Source of the DNA: Candidatus Dormiibacterota bacterium
GTDB lineage: Bacteria > Chloroflexota > Dormibacteria > Aeolococcales > Aeolococcaceae
NCBI GenBank assembly: GCA_036521195.1
Contig: DATDID010000009.1
Span: 1,609 to 65,608, forward strand
Direction: 5' to 3'
DNA length: 64,000 nt
The notes under the pieces are model-generated. The model saw nothing but the letters and a program-made list of their open reading frames with translations. It searched no databases and had not been told where the DNA came from. The position numbers and the translations under genes were made by a program. Within the stretch, counting starts at the first letter, position 1; every line of letters starts with the position of its first letter. Positions 48,834 to 58,041 of the stretch are shown piece by piece.

Positions 48834-49619
48834 ATGAGCGATCGCGATACCTGGAACCCGACCCAATACGAGCGCTTCCGCAGCGAGCGTGAGCACCCGT
48901 TTCACGACCTCGCGGCACTCATCACGCGACGTCCGGCCGGACGCGTCGTGGACCTCGGCTGCGGCACAGGTCTGCTCACCGCGGCGCTGCACCAGCAGCT
49001 CGGTGCCGCGTCGACCCTTGGTGTTGACTCTTCAGACGCGATGCTCGAGCGCGCTCGGAGTCTCGAGGCTCCCGGACTGGCGTTCGTGCACGGGGACATC
49101 GGTGCTTGGGAGCCTGACGCACCGTTTGACGTCGTGTTCTCCAACGCTGCCCTGCAATGGCTGCCCGACCACCCGCGACTGTTCAAGCGGTTGACCGCGA
49201 TGCTCGTGCCCGGTGGCGAGCTTGCGGTGCAGGTTCCCGCAAACTTCGATCACGTGTCGCACACGCTCGCGGCAGACATCGCGCGGGAGGAGCCGTTCGC
49301 AAGCGCCATGCACGGATACACGCGCACGTTCTCGGTGCTTGCTCCCGAGGCGTACGCGTCCATGTTGTACGAGCTCGGCTATGCCGCGCAGTACGTGCGC
49401 TTGCAGGTCTACGGGCACGTCCTCGAGTCCGCGGATGCAGTAGTGGAGTGGGTGAAGGGCACGCTGCTCACCGACTACGAAGCGCGCATGCCCGAATCCC
49501 TGCACGCCGCGTTCGTCGCTCGCTACCGCGAACGCCTCAACGCGGCGCTCGGCGATCAGCGCCCGTATTTCTATCCGTTCAAGCGCATCCTCTTGTGGGG
49601 CCGGTTGGCCGGCGACTGA
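48834..49619 (+). CDS. tam: trans-aconitate 2-methyltransferase-like SAM methyltransferase
   Basis: WNPTQYERFRSEREHPFHDL, SAM motif VVDLGCGTGLLT, and FSNAALQWLPDH. Confidence 0.75.
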   Translation: MSDRDTWNPTQYERFRSEREHPFHDLAALITRRPAGRVVDLGCGTGLLTAALHQQLGAASTLGVDSSDAMLERARSLEAPGLAFVHGDIGAWEPDAPFDVVFSNAALQWLPDHPRLFKRLTAMLVPGGELAVQVPANFDHVSHTLAADIAREEPFASAMHGYTRTFSVLAPEAYASMLYELGYAAQYVRLQVYGHVLESADAVVEWVKGTLLTDYEARMPESLHAAFVARYRERLNAALGDQRPYFYPFKRILLWGRLAGD

Positions 49620-49621
49620 CT

Positions 49622-50263
49622 GTGGAGATCAAGCGCCTCGACCTCGCACACGTCACCATCGAGGGAAGTCAGTGGCCGGTGCACGGCTACGTGATCCTGC
49701 ACGAGCAGTTGGGAACCATCCTCGTCGACACCGGCTGCGGTGGGCCCGAAGTGGTGATGCGGTACTTCGCCGTTGTCAACCGAACCGTCGCCGAGGCGCT
49801 CGCGGATCACGACCTCGCGCCGATCGACGTGAAGATGGTGATCAACACACACTTGCACTTCGATCACTGCGGGCAGAACCCGGCGTTCGAGCACGCGCCG
49901 CTGATGGTGCAGCGGGCCGAGCACGAGCGAATCTTTCGCGAGCGCGATGAGGTCACCGACTGGATCGAGGCGTCCGGCATGCGCTTCGAGTTGGTGGACG
50001 GTGAGGTGCAACTGGCGGACGACCTGCGAATCATCACAACCCCGGGTCACACGTCCGGACATCAGTCGGTCATCGCGACGACAGAGACCGGCACCGAACT
50101 GTTCATCGGTGACGCGGTGTACACACGCGCGATATGGGATCACGCGAGCGCGTCGTCCAAGCTGCCTTCGGGTCAGGCGGCCGACCGAGAGTCCTGGGAT
50201 CGGACCGTCGCGGATCTACGTGGGCGGAAGCCGGCGAAAGTCCACTTCTGCCACGACTCCTAG
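49622..50263 (+). CDS. MBL-fold metallo-hydrolase (lactonase-like)
   Basis: The in-frame GTG at 49622 gives VEIKRLDL.... Contains INTHLHFDHCG (HxHxDH) and TPGHTSGH. Confidence 0.8.
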   Translation: MEIKRLDLAHVTIEGSQWPVHGYVILHEQLGTILVDTGCGGPEVVMRYFAVVNRTVAEALADHDLAPIDVKMVINTHLHFDHCGQNPAFEHAPLMVQRAEHERIFRERDEVTDWIEASGMRFELVDGEVQLADDLRIITTPGHTSGHQSVIATTETGTELFIGDAVYTRAIWDHASASSKLPSGQAADRESWDRTVADLRGRKPAKVHFCHDS

Positions 50264-51579
50264 TCGTCCCCGACGTCGCGTTCCAGCTCACGGATCACCG
50301 CATGACGCGACCAGCACGCATCGGCAACGACGCTCACCGCATATGCCCGGTCGAAGGGCTCGCCGCCACCGAGCGCGACCGCGGCGTTGGCAGCAACCTG
50401 AGGGTTCGGCGTAAGTCCTGGACTTGGGACCGCGACGAACGGCTTCAACACAGTTCCGTCCGACAACTCGAACTGCATCGGCTCACCGCTGACGACACGG
50501 ATCCCGAACGCTCCATCGTGATGTCGCCGGTGATGAAACCGGCACAACGAAACGAGGTTGTCCATGTCGGTGCGACCGCCATGCGCCCAGTGCTTGATGT
50601 GATGTCCTTCAGCGCGCGCCGGAGGAACACTGCATCCCGGGAACCGGCATCCCTGGTCGCGAGCCTGCAGCGCGAGCCGAAGACGCGATGACAGCACGCG
50701 GTGGACACGACCCACATCCAGAACCTTGCCGTCGCGTTCGAGAACGGAGACCACGTCGGAGTCGCAAGTGAGCCACTGCGCGGCGTCGAAGGGGAGCCAC
50801 GGGCCGTCCTCTATGTGACAGCGCGCCGCTGGATCGCGCGTGATGAGTGCTGTCTGATCGACGTGCACCACAACCTGACGTGTCGGAGCGGGAGTCGGCG
50901 TTGCCGACACGCTGGCGATCCATTCTTCGCAGACGCGAACGAGCGCATCGGCACAAAGGACTTCGTATGTGAGCTCGGCCGGATCGTCGACTCCACCGTC
51001 GGCGCGGGACGATGACCGCAACTCGGAGACGAGTGCGGCAGCGGCAGCCTCCACAGCAGCCCGGATCACGGCACCGTCCTCGCGGGTCAGCACCGCGGTC
51101 AGCTGCAGCATCCCATCGTCCCGCCACCACGTGTGCAAGCCGCGCCGCTGCAGCGCGTGCTCGGCGAGATCCGGGTCGCCTGCATCGATCGCACTCGATA
51201 CCGCACGACAGATCCTGCTCAGCTGACCGCCCGAAGCGTTGAGTGCCACGTCGAGCCAGACCCCTTCATCCTCAGGGACGGCGACCTTTGTGACCCTGCG
51301 GACCTTGTCGAACGACAGGCGTCCATCCGCGAACGCTTCGGCGAGCTGAGGCAACGCCTCAAGGGCATGCCCCTTGCGAACCATCTCCGCTCCGGTCGCG
51401 ACATCGACCCCGGCGTGGATGGAGAGCCAGTGCGCGCACGACCGGAGCCCGGCGCCCATCCAGCCGCCCACGCCGTCGTACTCGGCGCTCAAGCGCACCA
51501 GCTCCGCGGTGGCCGCATTGATCTGCGCCGAGAGCTCCTCGATGCGGCGGCCGACATCCTGGCTGATGTTTTTGCTCAC
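50260..51579 (-). CDS. DUF222 + HNH endonuclease (13E12-repeat-family-like)
   Basis: The N-terminal DUF222-like region has ELVRLSAEYDGVGGW and LAEAFADGRLSFDKV. The C-terminus is CRFPGC...HHIKHWAHGGRTDMDNLVSLCRFHH. GTG 51579 lies next to an AT-rich promoter-like tract. Confidence 0.85.
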   Translation of the reverse strand: MSKNISQDVGRRIEELSAQINAATAELVRLSAEYDGVGGWMGAGLRSCAHWLSIHAGVDVATGAEMVRKGHALEALPQLAEAFADGRLSFDKVRRVTKVAVPEDEGVWLDVALNASGGQLSRICRAVSSAIDAGDPDLAEHALQRRGLHTWWRDDGMLQLTAVLTREDGAVIRAAVEAAAAALVSELRSSSRADGGVDDPAELTYEVLCADALVRVCEEWIASVSATPTPAPTRQVVVHVDQTALITRDPAARCHIEDGPWLPFDAAQWLTCDSDVVSVLERDGKVLDVGRVHRVLSSRLRLALQARDQGCRFPGCSVPPARAEGHHIKHWAHGGRTDMDNLVSLCRFHHRRHHDGAFGIRVVSGEPMQFELSDGTVLKPFVAVPSPGLTPNPQVAANAAVALGGGEPFDRAYAVSVVADACWSRHAVIRELERDVGDD

Positions 51580-51585
51580 GCGAAT

Positions 51586-51615
51586 ATAATAAACAAACGT
51601 ATGTTCGGCTGGCAA
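51586..51615 (-). promoter_or_regulatory. sigma70-like promoter positioned for a leaderless mRNA
   Basis: On the minus strand: TTGCCA (51615-51610), 18 nt, TATTAT (51591-51586), 6 nt, GTG (51579). This is the most AT-rich stretch I saw in the window. Confidence 0.4.
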
Positions 51616-51742
51616 GTGGGGAAATCTGCCGCGGGTCCAGTGCCGTTGAGAAGTCGGGCCCAGACATCCGTGGCGCACGCGCGCACACGAAAGCGCATCC
51701 AAACCGGCCGCTGCAGCTACCGCCAGCAGCCGCTGGTCCCGC

Positions 51743-51756
51743 GCCCCGATCGGGGC
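51743..51756 (-). terminator. perfect 14-nt palindrome just downstream of pckA
   Basis: gccccgatcggggc lies 10 nt after the pckA stop. A second small hairpin, ccagc-agcc-gctgg, is at 51723-51736. No U-tract. Confidence 0.35.
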
Positions 51757-51765
51757 CGCCGTCAG

Positions 51766-53325
51766 CTACGAAATCGCGTTGACGATCTCGGGCCGCAAGC
51801 CGGGGAAACCGGCGAGGTACTCGCGTCGGTCCGCCTTCAACTTCGCGACCAGCGCCTGGTACTCATCGCTTCGCCCCTGCCGCTCATACAACTTGCGCGG
51901 CTGAAGGATCTCCGGGTCGTCGATCCCAGGCAGGGACACAGCGACCTCGTAGCCGAAGTCCGGATCCGTCTCCCACTCGATCGTGCCCTCGGAGATCGCC
52001 TTGACCATCGCGCTGGAGTACGAGATCGAGACCTTCTTACTGCGCTCGTCGTCATCCCTGCCACCGACGCGGCCGGTGTTGAGCAGGTACACCGCAAAGC
52101 TGCCGCTGTCCATCAGTTCGAGGAACCGATTGCCCTGCTGCTCGTGACGCAACGGGAAGAACGGGTTCGTGCCGGGAACACGCAGGAACTTGCCGGCCTC
52201 TTCAGCACCGCCGGCCGACGTGCCGCGTGTCTCGCCGAGCATGAAATACAACGCCGCCTGCTCACGGTTGAGCCGCGCGACACCGGGAATGAGGTTGTCG
52301 TTGCGGTTGAGGATGAGGAAGTGATCGACCGCTTTGACCTCGCGGGCGTCCTTGTGCCAGCCGAGTGCATCCATCTGGAAGACGGCGCGGCCGTTGGGCG
52401 TATACGACGTGTCGAAGAAGTCGACGACGCCCGCGTCATCCTGCGACACGTTCTCGAGGTACGTCTCCGGCTTGCAGACGGCGCCATAGATGGTCGGCTC
52501 GTCCGCGGGATCCAGCGCGAAGGTCTTCGCGAAGCAGCCGTTCTCCGTTGCGACGATGCGCCCCGCGGGATACAGGGCCACGAAATCGTCCTGCACGGGT
52601 TTGCTGTCGTTCTGGCGCGTGAACGTCGTTGTGGTCTTGCCCGTTCCCGACAAACCGATGATGAGCAACGCCTGCTCGCCGCGAGCCGTCGGCACCACCT
52701 TGCAACCCGCGTGCAGGGAGAGACCACCCTGGTCGTAGGTGAGCTTGTTCCACATGCGGAGCCCGCCCTTCTTGGACTCCCCGAAGTAGTCGCTGTTCAG
52801 CACGCGCGTCACGCCGGCCTCGAGGTCGACGGCGATCACGCGGTCATTCGGGTAGCCGGGAGCTTCGAGGTTCGGCGTGTAGATAACGGTGAGCACCGGC
52901 GCGAAGTCCGGGCCGGGGTTCTCGGGATCGAAATACAGCCAGCGCTGCATGCCGGCGATGTTGGCGTTGGCAGCTTCGATGTACAGACGCGCCGCAACAC
53001 GATGATCGCTGTCGTTGCCGATGTAGCCGTCGATGACGAGCATGTCCTGGTCGCGGATGTACGCGTCCTGACTGTCGGCGATCTTCTGACCGTCGGCGCG
53101 GCTCATGGTCTGGTCCGAGTGCTCCTCGGGCCGATCAGTGACGACATACGTGCTCGCCTTGCTCCGCGAGACAACGCGGGTCTGCACGTTGTAGTTGTCG
53201 TACTCGGTGTGGCGCGCGTTGGGCATGCGCGACGTCAATTCGCGCAACTCCGCAGGCGACGGGTTCCAGCGGATGTTGCGAGCTGCGGGCAGGTTGCTCG
53301 CATGGGTCTTGATGACGTCGGTCAT
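51766..53325 (-). CDS. pckA: phosphoenolpyruvate carboxykinase (ATP)
   Basis: ATG 53325 follows GGAGGAG. Contains GLSGTGKTT (kinase-1a), and ATP-PEPCK blocks LNRNDNLIPGVARL and FLNTGRVGG-like LLNTGRVGG. Confidence 0.9.
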   Translation of the reverse strand: MTDVIKTHASNLPAARNIRWNPSPAELRELTSRMPNARHTEYDNYNVQTRVVSRSKASTYVVTDRPEEHSDQTMSRADGQKIADSQDAYIRDQDMLVIDGYIGNDSDHRVAARLYIEAANANIAGMQRWLYFDPENPGPDFAPVLTVIYTPNLEAPGYPNDRVIAVDLEAGVTRVLNSDYFGESKKGGLRMWNKLTYDQGGLSLHAGCKVVPTARGEQALLIIGLSGTGKTTTTFTRQNDSKPVQDDFVALYPAGRIVATENGCFAKTFALDPADEPTIYGAVCKPETYLENVSQDDAGVVDFFDTSYTPNGRAVFQMDALGWHKDAREVKAVDHFLILNRNDNLIPGVARLNREQAALYFMLGETRGTSAGGAEEAGKFLRVPGTNPFFPLRHEQQGNRFLELMDSGSFAVYLLNTGRVGGRDDDERSKKVSISYSSAMVKAISEGTIEWETDPDFGYEVAVSLPGIDDPEILQPRKLYERQGRSDEYQALVAKLKADRREYLAGFPGLRPEIVNAIS

Positions 53326-53486
53326 GACTCCTCCAATTTCCCTGGCGGATTCCGTGGCGGCGTGTCCCCCCGCTCGTCCACGTTCGTCTTTCCAGCCAGT
53401 GTTTCCGGACCTCGCGAGCATAGCAAAGGGTCGCGCGTGGGCCGATTGCGCCGGTCTGCGCCTCGTATGGTTGTAGGCTGTCGCTG

Positions 53487-54446
53487 ATGACTCAAACCGC
53501 ACCGGCTCCCATCGCTGAGGCCACCTCGCTTCGCGAGAAGTCCTGGGTCTTCTTCAATGGCGAAACCGTTCGCTATGCGGATGCCAAAGTTGGCCTGCTG
53601 ACGCACGGCCTCAACTACGGCACGGGCGTGTTCGAGGGCATCCGCGCCTACTGGAACGCCGAGCGCGAGCAGCTCTACGCGCTGTCCGTCCCGCAGCATT
53701 TCGAACGCATGCAGCAGAACGCCCGCGTACTGCAGATGGTCATTCCCTGGTCGGCTGAGGAACTCATCGAAACCACGCTCGACCTGCTGCGCCGCAACGA
53801 GTACCGCGAGGACGTCTACATCCGGCCGCTCTCCTTCAAGGCAGCCGAGATCATCGGGGTCAAGCTCCACGATGTCCCCGACAGCTTCGCCATCGTCACC
53901 GCGCCGATGGGCTTGTACGTCGGCAACGGGGGGATTCGCTGCATGGTCTCGTCCTGGCGCCGCATCGATGACTCGATGGCGCCGGTCCGGACCAAGTGCA
54001 CCGGCCTCTACGTCAACTCGGCGCTCGCCAAAAGTGAAGCGCTACAAGGCGGATTCGACGAGGCGATCATGCTGACCAGCGGCGGTCATGTCTCCGAGGG
54101 CAGCGCCGAGAACATCTTCATCGTCCGGCGCGGCGAGGTGCTCACGCCGCCGCCGTCCGACAGCATCCTCGAGGGCATCACGCGCGCGTCCGTGATCCAC
54201 GTCCTCCGCGAGGAGCTTGGGCTCGAAGTGCGCGAACGGACCATCGACCGCTCTGAGCTCTACGTCTCTGACGAGGTGTTCATGGTCGGCACCGGCGCGC
54301 AGGTGGCGCCGGTCATCGAGATCGACCGCCGCCGTATCGGTGACGGCGAGCCGGGACCCCTGACGATGCGTGTCCAGGACACATACCACAAGGTCGTCAC
54401 GGGTCGCGATCCGAAATACATGGCCTGGCTGACGCCCGTCTACTGA
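53487..54446 (+). CDS. ilvE: branched-chain amino acid aminotransferase (class IV)
   Basis: Contains YGTGVFEGIRAY, SAENIFIVRRGEVLTPP and ILEGITRASV. 319 aa. Confidence 0.88.
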   Translation: MTQTAPAPIAEATSLREKSWVFFNGETVRYADAKVGLLTHGLNYGTGVFEGIRAYWNAEREQLYALSVPQHFERMQQNARVLQMVIPWSAEELIETTLDLLRRNEYREDVYIRPLSFKAAEIIGVKLHDVPDSFAIVTAPMGLYVGNGGIRCMVSSWRRIDDSMAPVRTKCTGLYVNSALAKSEALQGGFDEAIMLTSGGHVSEGSAENIFIVRRGEVLTPPPSDSILEGITRASVIHVLREELGLEVRERTIDRSELYVSDEVFMVGTGAQVAPVIEIDRRRIGDGEPGPLTMRVQDTYHKVVTGRDPKYMAWLTPVY

Positions 54447-55567
54447 GACCGAGCCGGGAACGCCTCCCGGATCGCCTGCGCTCCCGCACGGCGGAGCAGC
54501 GCTCGGGTATGGCGCATCGGATCGATCGACTCGTCGATCGCATCCAGTCCGATCGCGGCATCGAAGAGGTCGGGCAGACGGTCGCTGACCGTGCCGCACA
54601 CGGCAACGCATGGGATGCCCAACCGTTTCGCCCTCACTGCGACCTCCGCCGGAGCCTTGCCCACCCTTGTCTGGCCGTCCAACCGACCCTCGCCGGTGAT
54701 GGCGACCGAGGCGTCGGCCAGCGCTGAGTCCAGTCCGATGACGTCACAGACGAGCGCCGCACCCGGCAGGAGATGCGCGCCGATCAAAGCAAGGCCGAAC
54801 CCGCACCCTCCCGCCGCGCCGGCTCCTGGAAGGCCGGCCACGTCGCTTGCGGCAGGTTCGCGAGCCATGCGCGCGAGATGCCCCAGCGCTTGCTCGAGAC
54901 GCTCCACCTCGCGCGGAGAGGCACCCTTCTGAGCAGCGAACATGCGGGCCGCCCCCTCGGGACCGAGCAGCGGGCTTCGGATGTCGCAGGCGACGTCGAT
55001 CGAGCAGCGCGACAGCTCGGGATGCAGATCGGACACGTCGATCTTGGCCAGCTCCTCGAGGCCGGCGCCGCCCGGTCCGATCTCCGCGCCGCGCGCATCG
55101 AGCAACTGAACCCCGAGGGCCTGCAGCAGGCCGGCGCCTCCATCGGTGCACGCGCTGCCCCCGACCCCGACCACGATCCGCGTGCACCCGGCGTCGAGTG
55201 CTCGCCGGATCAACTCACCGGTGCCGCGAGACGTTGCATGGAGCGCGTCCAACCGGGCCGGATCCACGAGCCGCAGTCCTGATGCTTCTGCGAGCTCCAC
55301 CACCGCGGTCCTCTCGTCGAGCATGCCGAGCCGTGCGGTCACCGTTCGGCCCAAGGGCCCCGTCACCCGATGCCGGGCCACGGTCGATCCAGTGCGCGCT
55401 GCGAGGAGGACATCGAGGGTCCCATCGCCGCCGTCCGCGACGGGAAGCTCGAGCGCGTCAGCGCCGGCGTCGCGAACGCCAAGGGCCAGAGCCCGCGCCG
55501 CGGCCCGGGCGCTGAGCGTTCCCTTGAACGCATTCGGCGCGCAGACCGCGACCGGCTGTGTGCTCAG
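54440..55567 (-). CDS. glxK: glycerate kinase (start unresolved: CTG 55567 or GTG 55600)
   Basis: Contains VAVCAPNAFKGTLSA and PVADGGDGTLD. The long upstream part of ORF 54440..56032 overlaps the fur-family gene in another frame. Confidence 0.8.
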   Translation of the reverse strand: MSTQPVAVCAPNAFKGTLSARAAARALALGVRDAGADALELPVADGGDGTLDVLLAARTGSTVARHRVTGPLGRTVTARLGMLDERTAVVELAEASGLRLVDPARLDALHATSRGTGELIRRALDAGCTRIVVGVGGSACTDGGAGLLQALGVQLLDARGAEIGPGGAGLEELAKIDVSDLHPELSRCSIDVACDIRSPLLGPEGAARMFAAQKGASPREVERLEQALGHLARMAREPAASDVAGLPGAGAAGGCGFGLALIGAHLLPGAALVCDVIGLDSALADASVAITGEGRLDGQTRVGKAPAEVAVRAKRLGIPCVAVCGTVSDRLPDLFDAAIGLDAIDESIDPMRHTRALLRRAGAQAIREAFPARSQ

Positions 55568-56007
55568 GGGGCGATGAGTGCTGCGGCACAGGCCGCGCAC
55601 GTGCCGTAGAAATCCAGCGCCGCGTGGTCGAGCGCGAACCCGTAACCGCCGCGCACCGCATCGATGAGCTGGTTCACCGCGGTGTCGTCGATCTCGGTCG
55701 TCGACCCGCAGTGGCGGCAGACGAGGTGGTGGTGATGGTTGTCGGCGCACGACGTGTAGACGTGGATATGGCCTTCCGCCTCGAAACGCTGCGCCAGACC
55801 GGCATCGACGAGGAAGTCGAGCGTCCGGAACACGGTCGCGCGCCCGAGTTGCGGGTGCTCGGCATGCAGGGATTCGTACAGCTCCTGCGCGCTCACCGTG
55901 TGTGGCGCCCGGGCGAGCGCTCCGGCAACGATCATCCGTTGCAGGGTCAGGCGATGTCCCTGGGCTGCGAGCCGGTCGGCGACGCTGGTCGTTGCGGAGA
56001 CGACCAC
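55564..56007 (-). CDS. Fur-family metalloregulator (Fur/Zur/PerR not distinguishable)
   Basis: A winged helix (RATVFRTLDFLVDAGL), an HHHHLVCRHCG metal site, and a C-terminal CAAC. Confidence 0.85.
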   Translation of the reverse strand: MVVSATTSVADRLAAQGHRLTLQRMIVAGALARAPHTVSAQELYESLHAEHPQLGRATVFRTLDFLVDAGLAQRFEAEGHIHVYTSCADNHHHHLVCRHCGSTTEIDDTAVNQLIDAVRGGYGFALDHAALDFYGTCAACAAALIAP

Positions 56008-56010
56008 CGG

Positions 56011-57132
56011 TCAGTCCACCCGCCGGAGCCACAGGTCCGGATGCCGCAACTCCTCGAGCGACGGCATCATCGCAGCGGACTCCCAGACCCGGTTGAGCGT
56101 CGTCAGCCCAGCACGATCGAACACCGCGACGGCGAACTGCTCGCCCACCTCGTACTGGCGCATCTTGATCTCGAGGCCGGTGATCGTCAGGATGAGTCGC
56201 TCCATCGGGCCGCGCTGGCGGCGGCGCCGCTGCATGGCAGCCTCGAGCTTGTCAGAGCCGCGAATCGCTTTCCGTCCGGCTCGATGCATGAGGAAGTTGC
56301 TGTACCCCTCGAGCACGCTCATCACCGCCTGGACGTGACTGACGGCGCGCAACTGTCCGCGTACGGTCTCCGGCAACTTGCGAACCATGTCGCGTGAGGG
56401 CAGCAGCGTCTCGCCATCGGCCGACAAGGCATCGATCATCAGGCCGCGCATGAGGTCCTGCAAATGCTCGCCAAGCCAGGGGTGCAGCTCGAACTGCCAC
56501 GCGTGGGTCAGTTCGTGGAGGATCAGCCAGGGGCGGAGGTCGGTGTCGCCAAGCGAGAGGTCGCGCTCGATCCCCGCGATATTCGGCTCCACGAGATAGA
56601 GCGCACTCGGCAGGGATGCGCCGCCGGGCTCGTCGACCAGCGTGAGCACCGGGTCGTACTGGCCGAGCACCCGGCGCGACATGAGGCCGAACAGCTCGCC
56701 GACGTACCGATCGAGGACCCGGCGGCTCAGCCCCGTTGCGATCGACTCCGGGACGCGGGCACGGAGCTTTTCGACGGGTGCGAGCAGGCGCTGGACCATC
56801 CCCAGGTTCGCGTCGATGAACCCCGTTCGGTCGAGCGCGACGAATCTCGGGTAGGACGTCAGAGGCACCTGGGAGATCTCGGTCATCATCGGCGCCACCC
56901 GGGCTGCCATCTCGGTGTATGCCGCCTCCAGGGCGGGAGCATCGATCGTCCGGCCCGGAATGCCCCCGGTTCGCGACACCGCGATGCGGCGTACGTCCTC
57001 CCAGTCGACAAGGCGGCGCTGGGTCTTGACCTGCGGCCGGAGCAGGACGCGGGCCGAGATGACGGCTCCGGCGCCGACTGCTCCAACGGTGAGTGTCCGG
57101 CGGACGAGGTCCGATCGAGTGGTCGGGCTCAT
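56011..57132 (-). CDS. DUF2342-type zinc-dependent metalloprotease-like protein
   Basis: HELTHAWQF (HExxH) in a roughly 370-aa helical protein. The layout matches the DUF2342 family as I recall it. Confidence 0.7.
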   Translation of the reverse strand: MSPTTRSDLVRRTLTVGAVGAGAVISARVLLRPQVKTQRRLVDWEDVRRIAVSRTGGIPGRTIDAPALEAAYTEMAARVAPMMTEISQVPLTSYPRFVALDRTGFIDANLGMVQRLLAPVEKLRARVPESIATGLSRRVLDRYVGELFGLMSRRVLGQYDPVLTLVDEPGGASLPSALYLVEPNIAGIERDLSLGDTDLRPWLILHELTHAWQFELHPWLGEHLQDLMRGLMIDALSADGETLLPSRDMVRKLPETVRGQLRAVSHVQAVMSVLEGYSNFLMHRAGRKAIRGSDKLEAAMQRRRRQRGPMERLILTITGLEIKMRQYEVGEQFAVAVFDRAGLTTLNRVWESAAMMPSLEELRHPDLWLRRVD

Positions 57133-57172
57133 GCTTCGATCATACGGGTGACCGCTCGCAGACCCCGCTCAC

Positions 57173-58018
57173 TTACATCGAGGAACCGGACCGCCCGTCG
57201 ATGTAGACCGGATGCTCCGGCGGCTTGCCCTCGAGCCAGTAGGCGTCGAGACGCTCGTCCGTCCAGCCCCGCTCGCGCAGGAAGGGCTCGTCGAGAATCT
57301 GCTGCCCTGTCAGCGTGGGTGGCTCGGTTCCGACGATTTCCATCATCGCGTCGCAGAGGATCTCCGGCGACCGCCACTGGCTTCGGTCCCCAAGCCCCCA
57401 GTTGATGCTGGCCAGGCTCTCGATGATGGTCACCGGCCAGAGCGAGTTGCACGCGATCCCGTCGGACTCGACTTCCGCGGCGATTCCGATGGCCATCCGC
57501 GTCATGCCCATCTTGGTGGTCATGTAGGCGACGTGTCCCGGGCTCGGCGTGGTGCTGATGGGAGGGCTGCACATGATGATGTGGCCCCAGTGGCGCTCGA
57601 CCATGTGCGGCAGCGCGTAGTACGAGCACAGATACGCCGCGCGCACATTGATCTCCCACATCAGGTCGTAGCGTTTCGGAGGCGTGTCCAGCACCGGTTG
57701 CCACCACAGGGCACCGGCGTTGTTGACAAGGATGTCGAGACGCCCGAAGCGCTCGATCGTCGCGTCCACCATCGCTTTGACCTCGTCGTCGTGACGAACG
57801 TCGACGCGCACGGCGAGCGCGTTTCCTCCGGCGGCCTCGATCTCTGCCGCGACGGTGTGGATGCTGCCCGGAAGCTTGTCGGTCCCCGCCTCGGACTTGC
57901 CGGTGATGACGACCGATGCGCCTTCACTGGCAAGGCGAAGTGCCATCGCGCGACCGATGCCGCGGCTCGATCCGGTGACAACGGCGACGCGTTGCTCGAG
58001 TGGGCGAGAGGCACTCAT
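57173..58018 (-). CDS. SDR-family oxidoreductase
   Basis: VTGSSRGIGRA (TGxxxGxG), NNAG, and YMTTKMG (YxxxK). Confidence 0.88.
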   Translation of the reverse strand: MSASRPLEQRVAVVTGSSRGIGRAMALRLASEGASVVITGKSEAGTDKLPGSIHTVAAEIEAAGGNALAVRVDVRHDDEVKAMVDATIERFGRLDILVNNAGALWWQPVLDTPPKRYDLMWEINVRAAYLCSYYALPHMVERHWGHIIMCSPPISTTPSPGHVAYMTTKMGMTRMAIGIAAEVESDGIACNSLWPVTIIESLASINWGLGDRSQWRSPEILCDAMMEIVGTEPPTLTGQQILDEPFLRERGWTDERLDAYWLEGKPPEHPVYIDGRSGSSM

Positions 58019-58041
58019 CGGCGCGCATCATATGCGCCGCT

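Noticed and set aside
51133-53487. A 784-aa ORF on the + strand.
   Set aside because: It is antisense to pckA and to the DUF222-HNH gene and spans their intergenic region. It has no motifs and its composition is driven by the opposite-strand codons.
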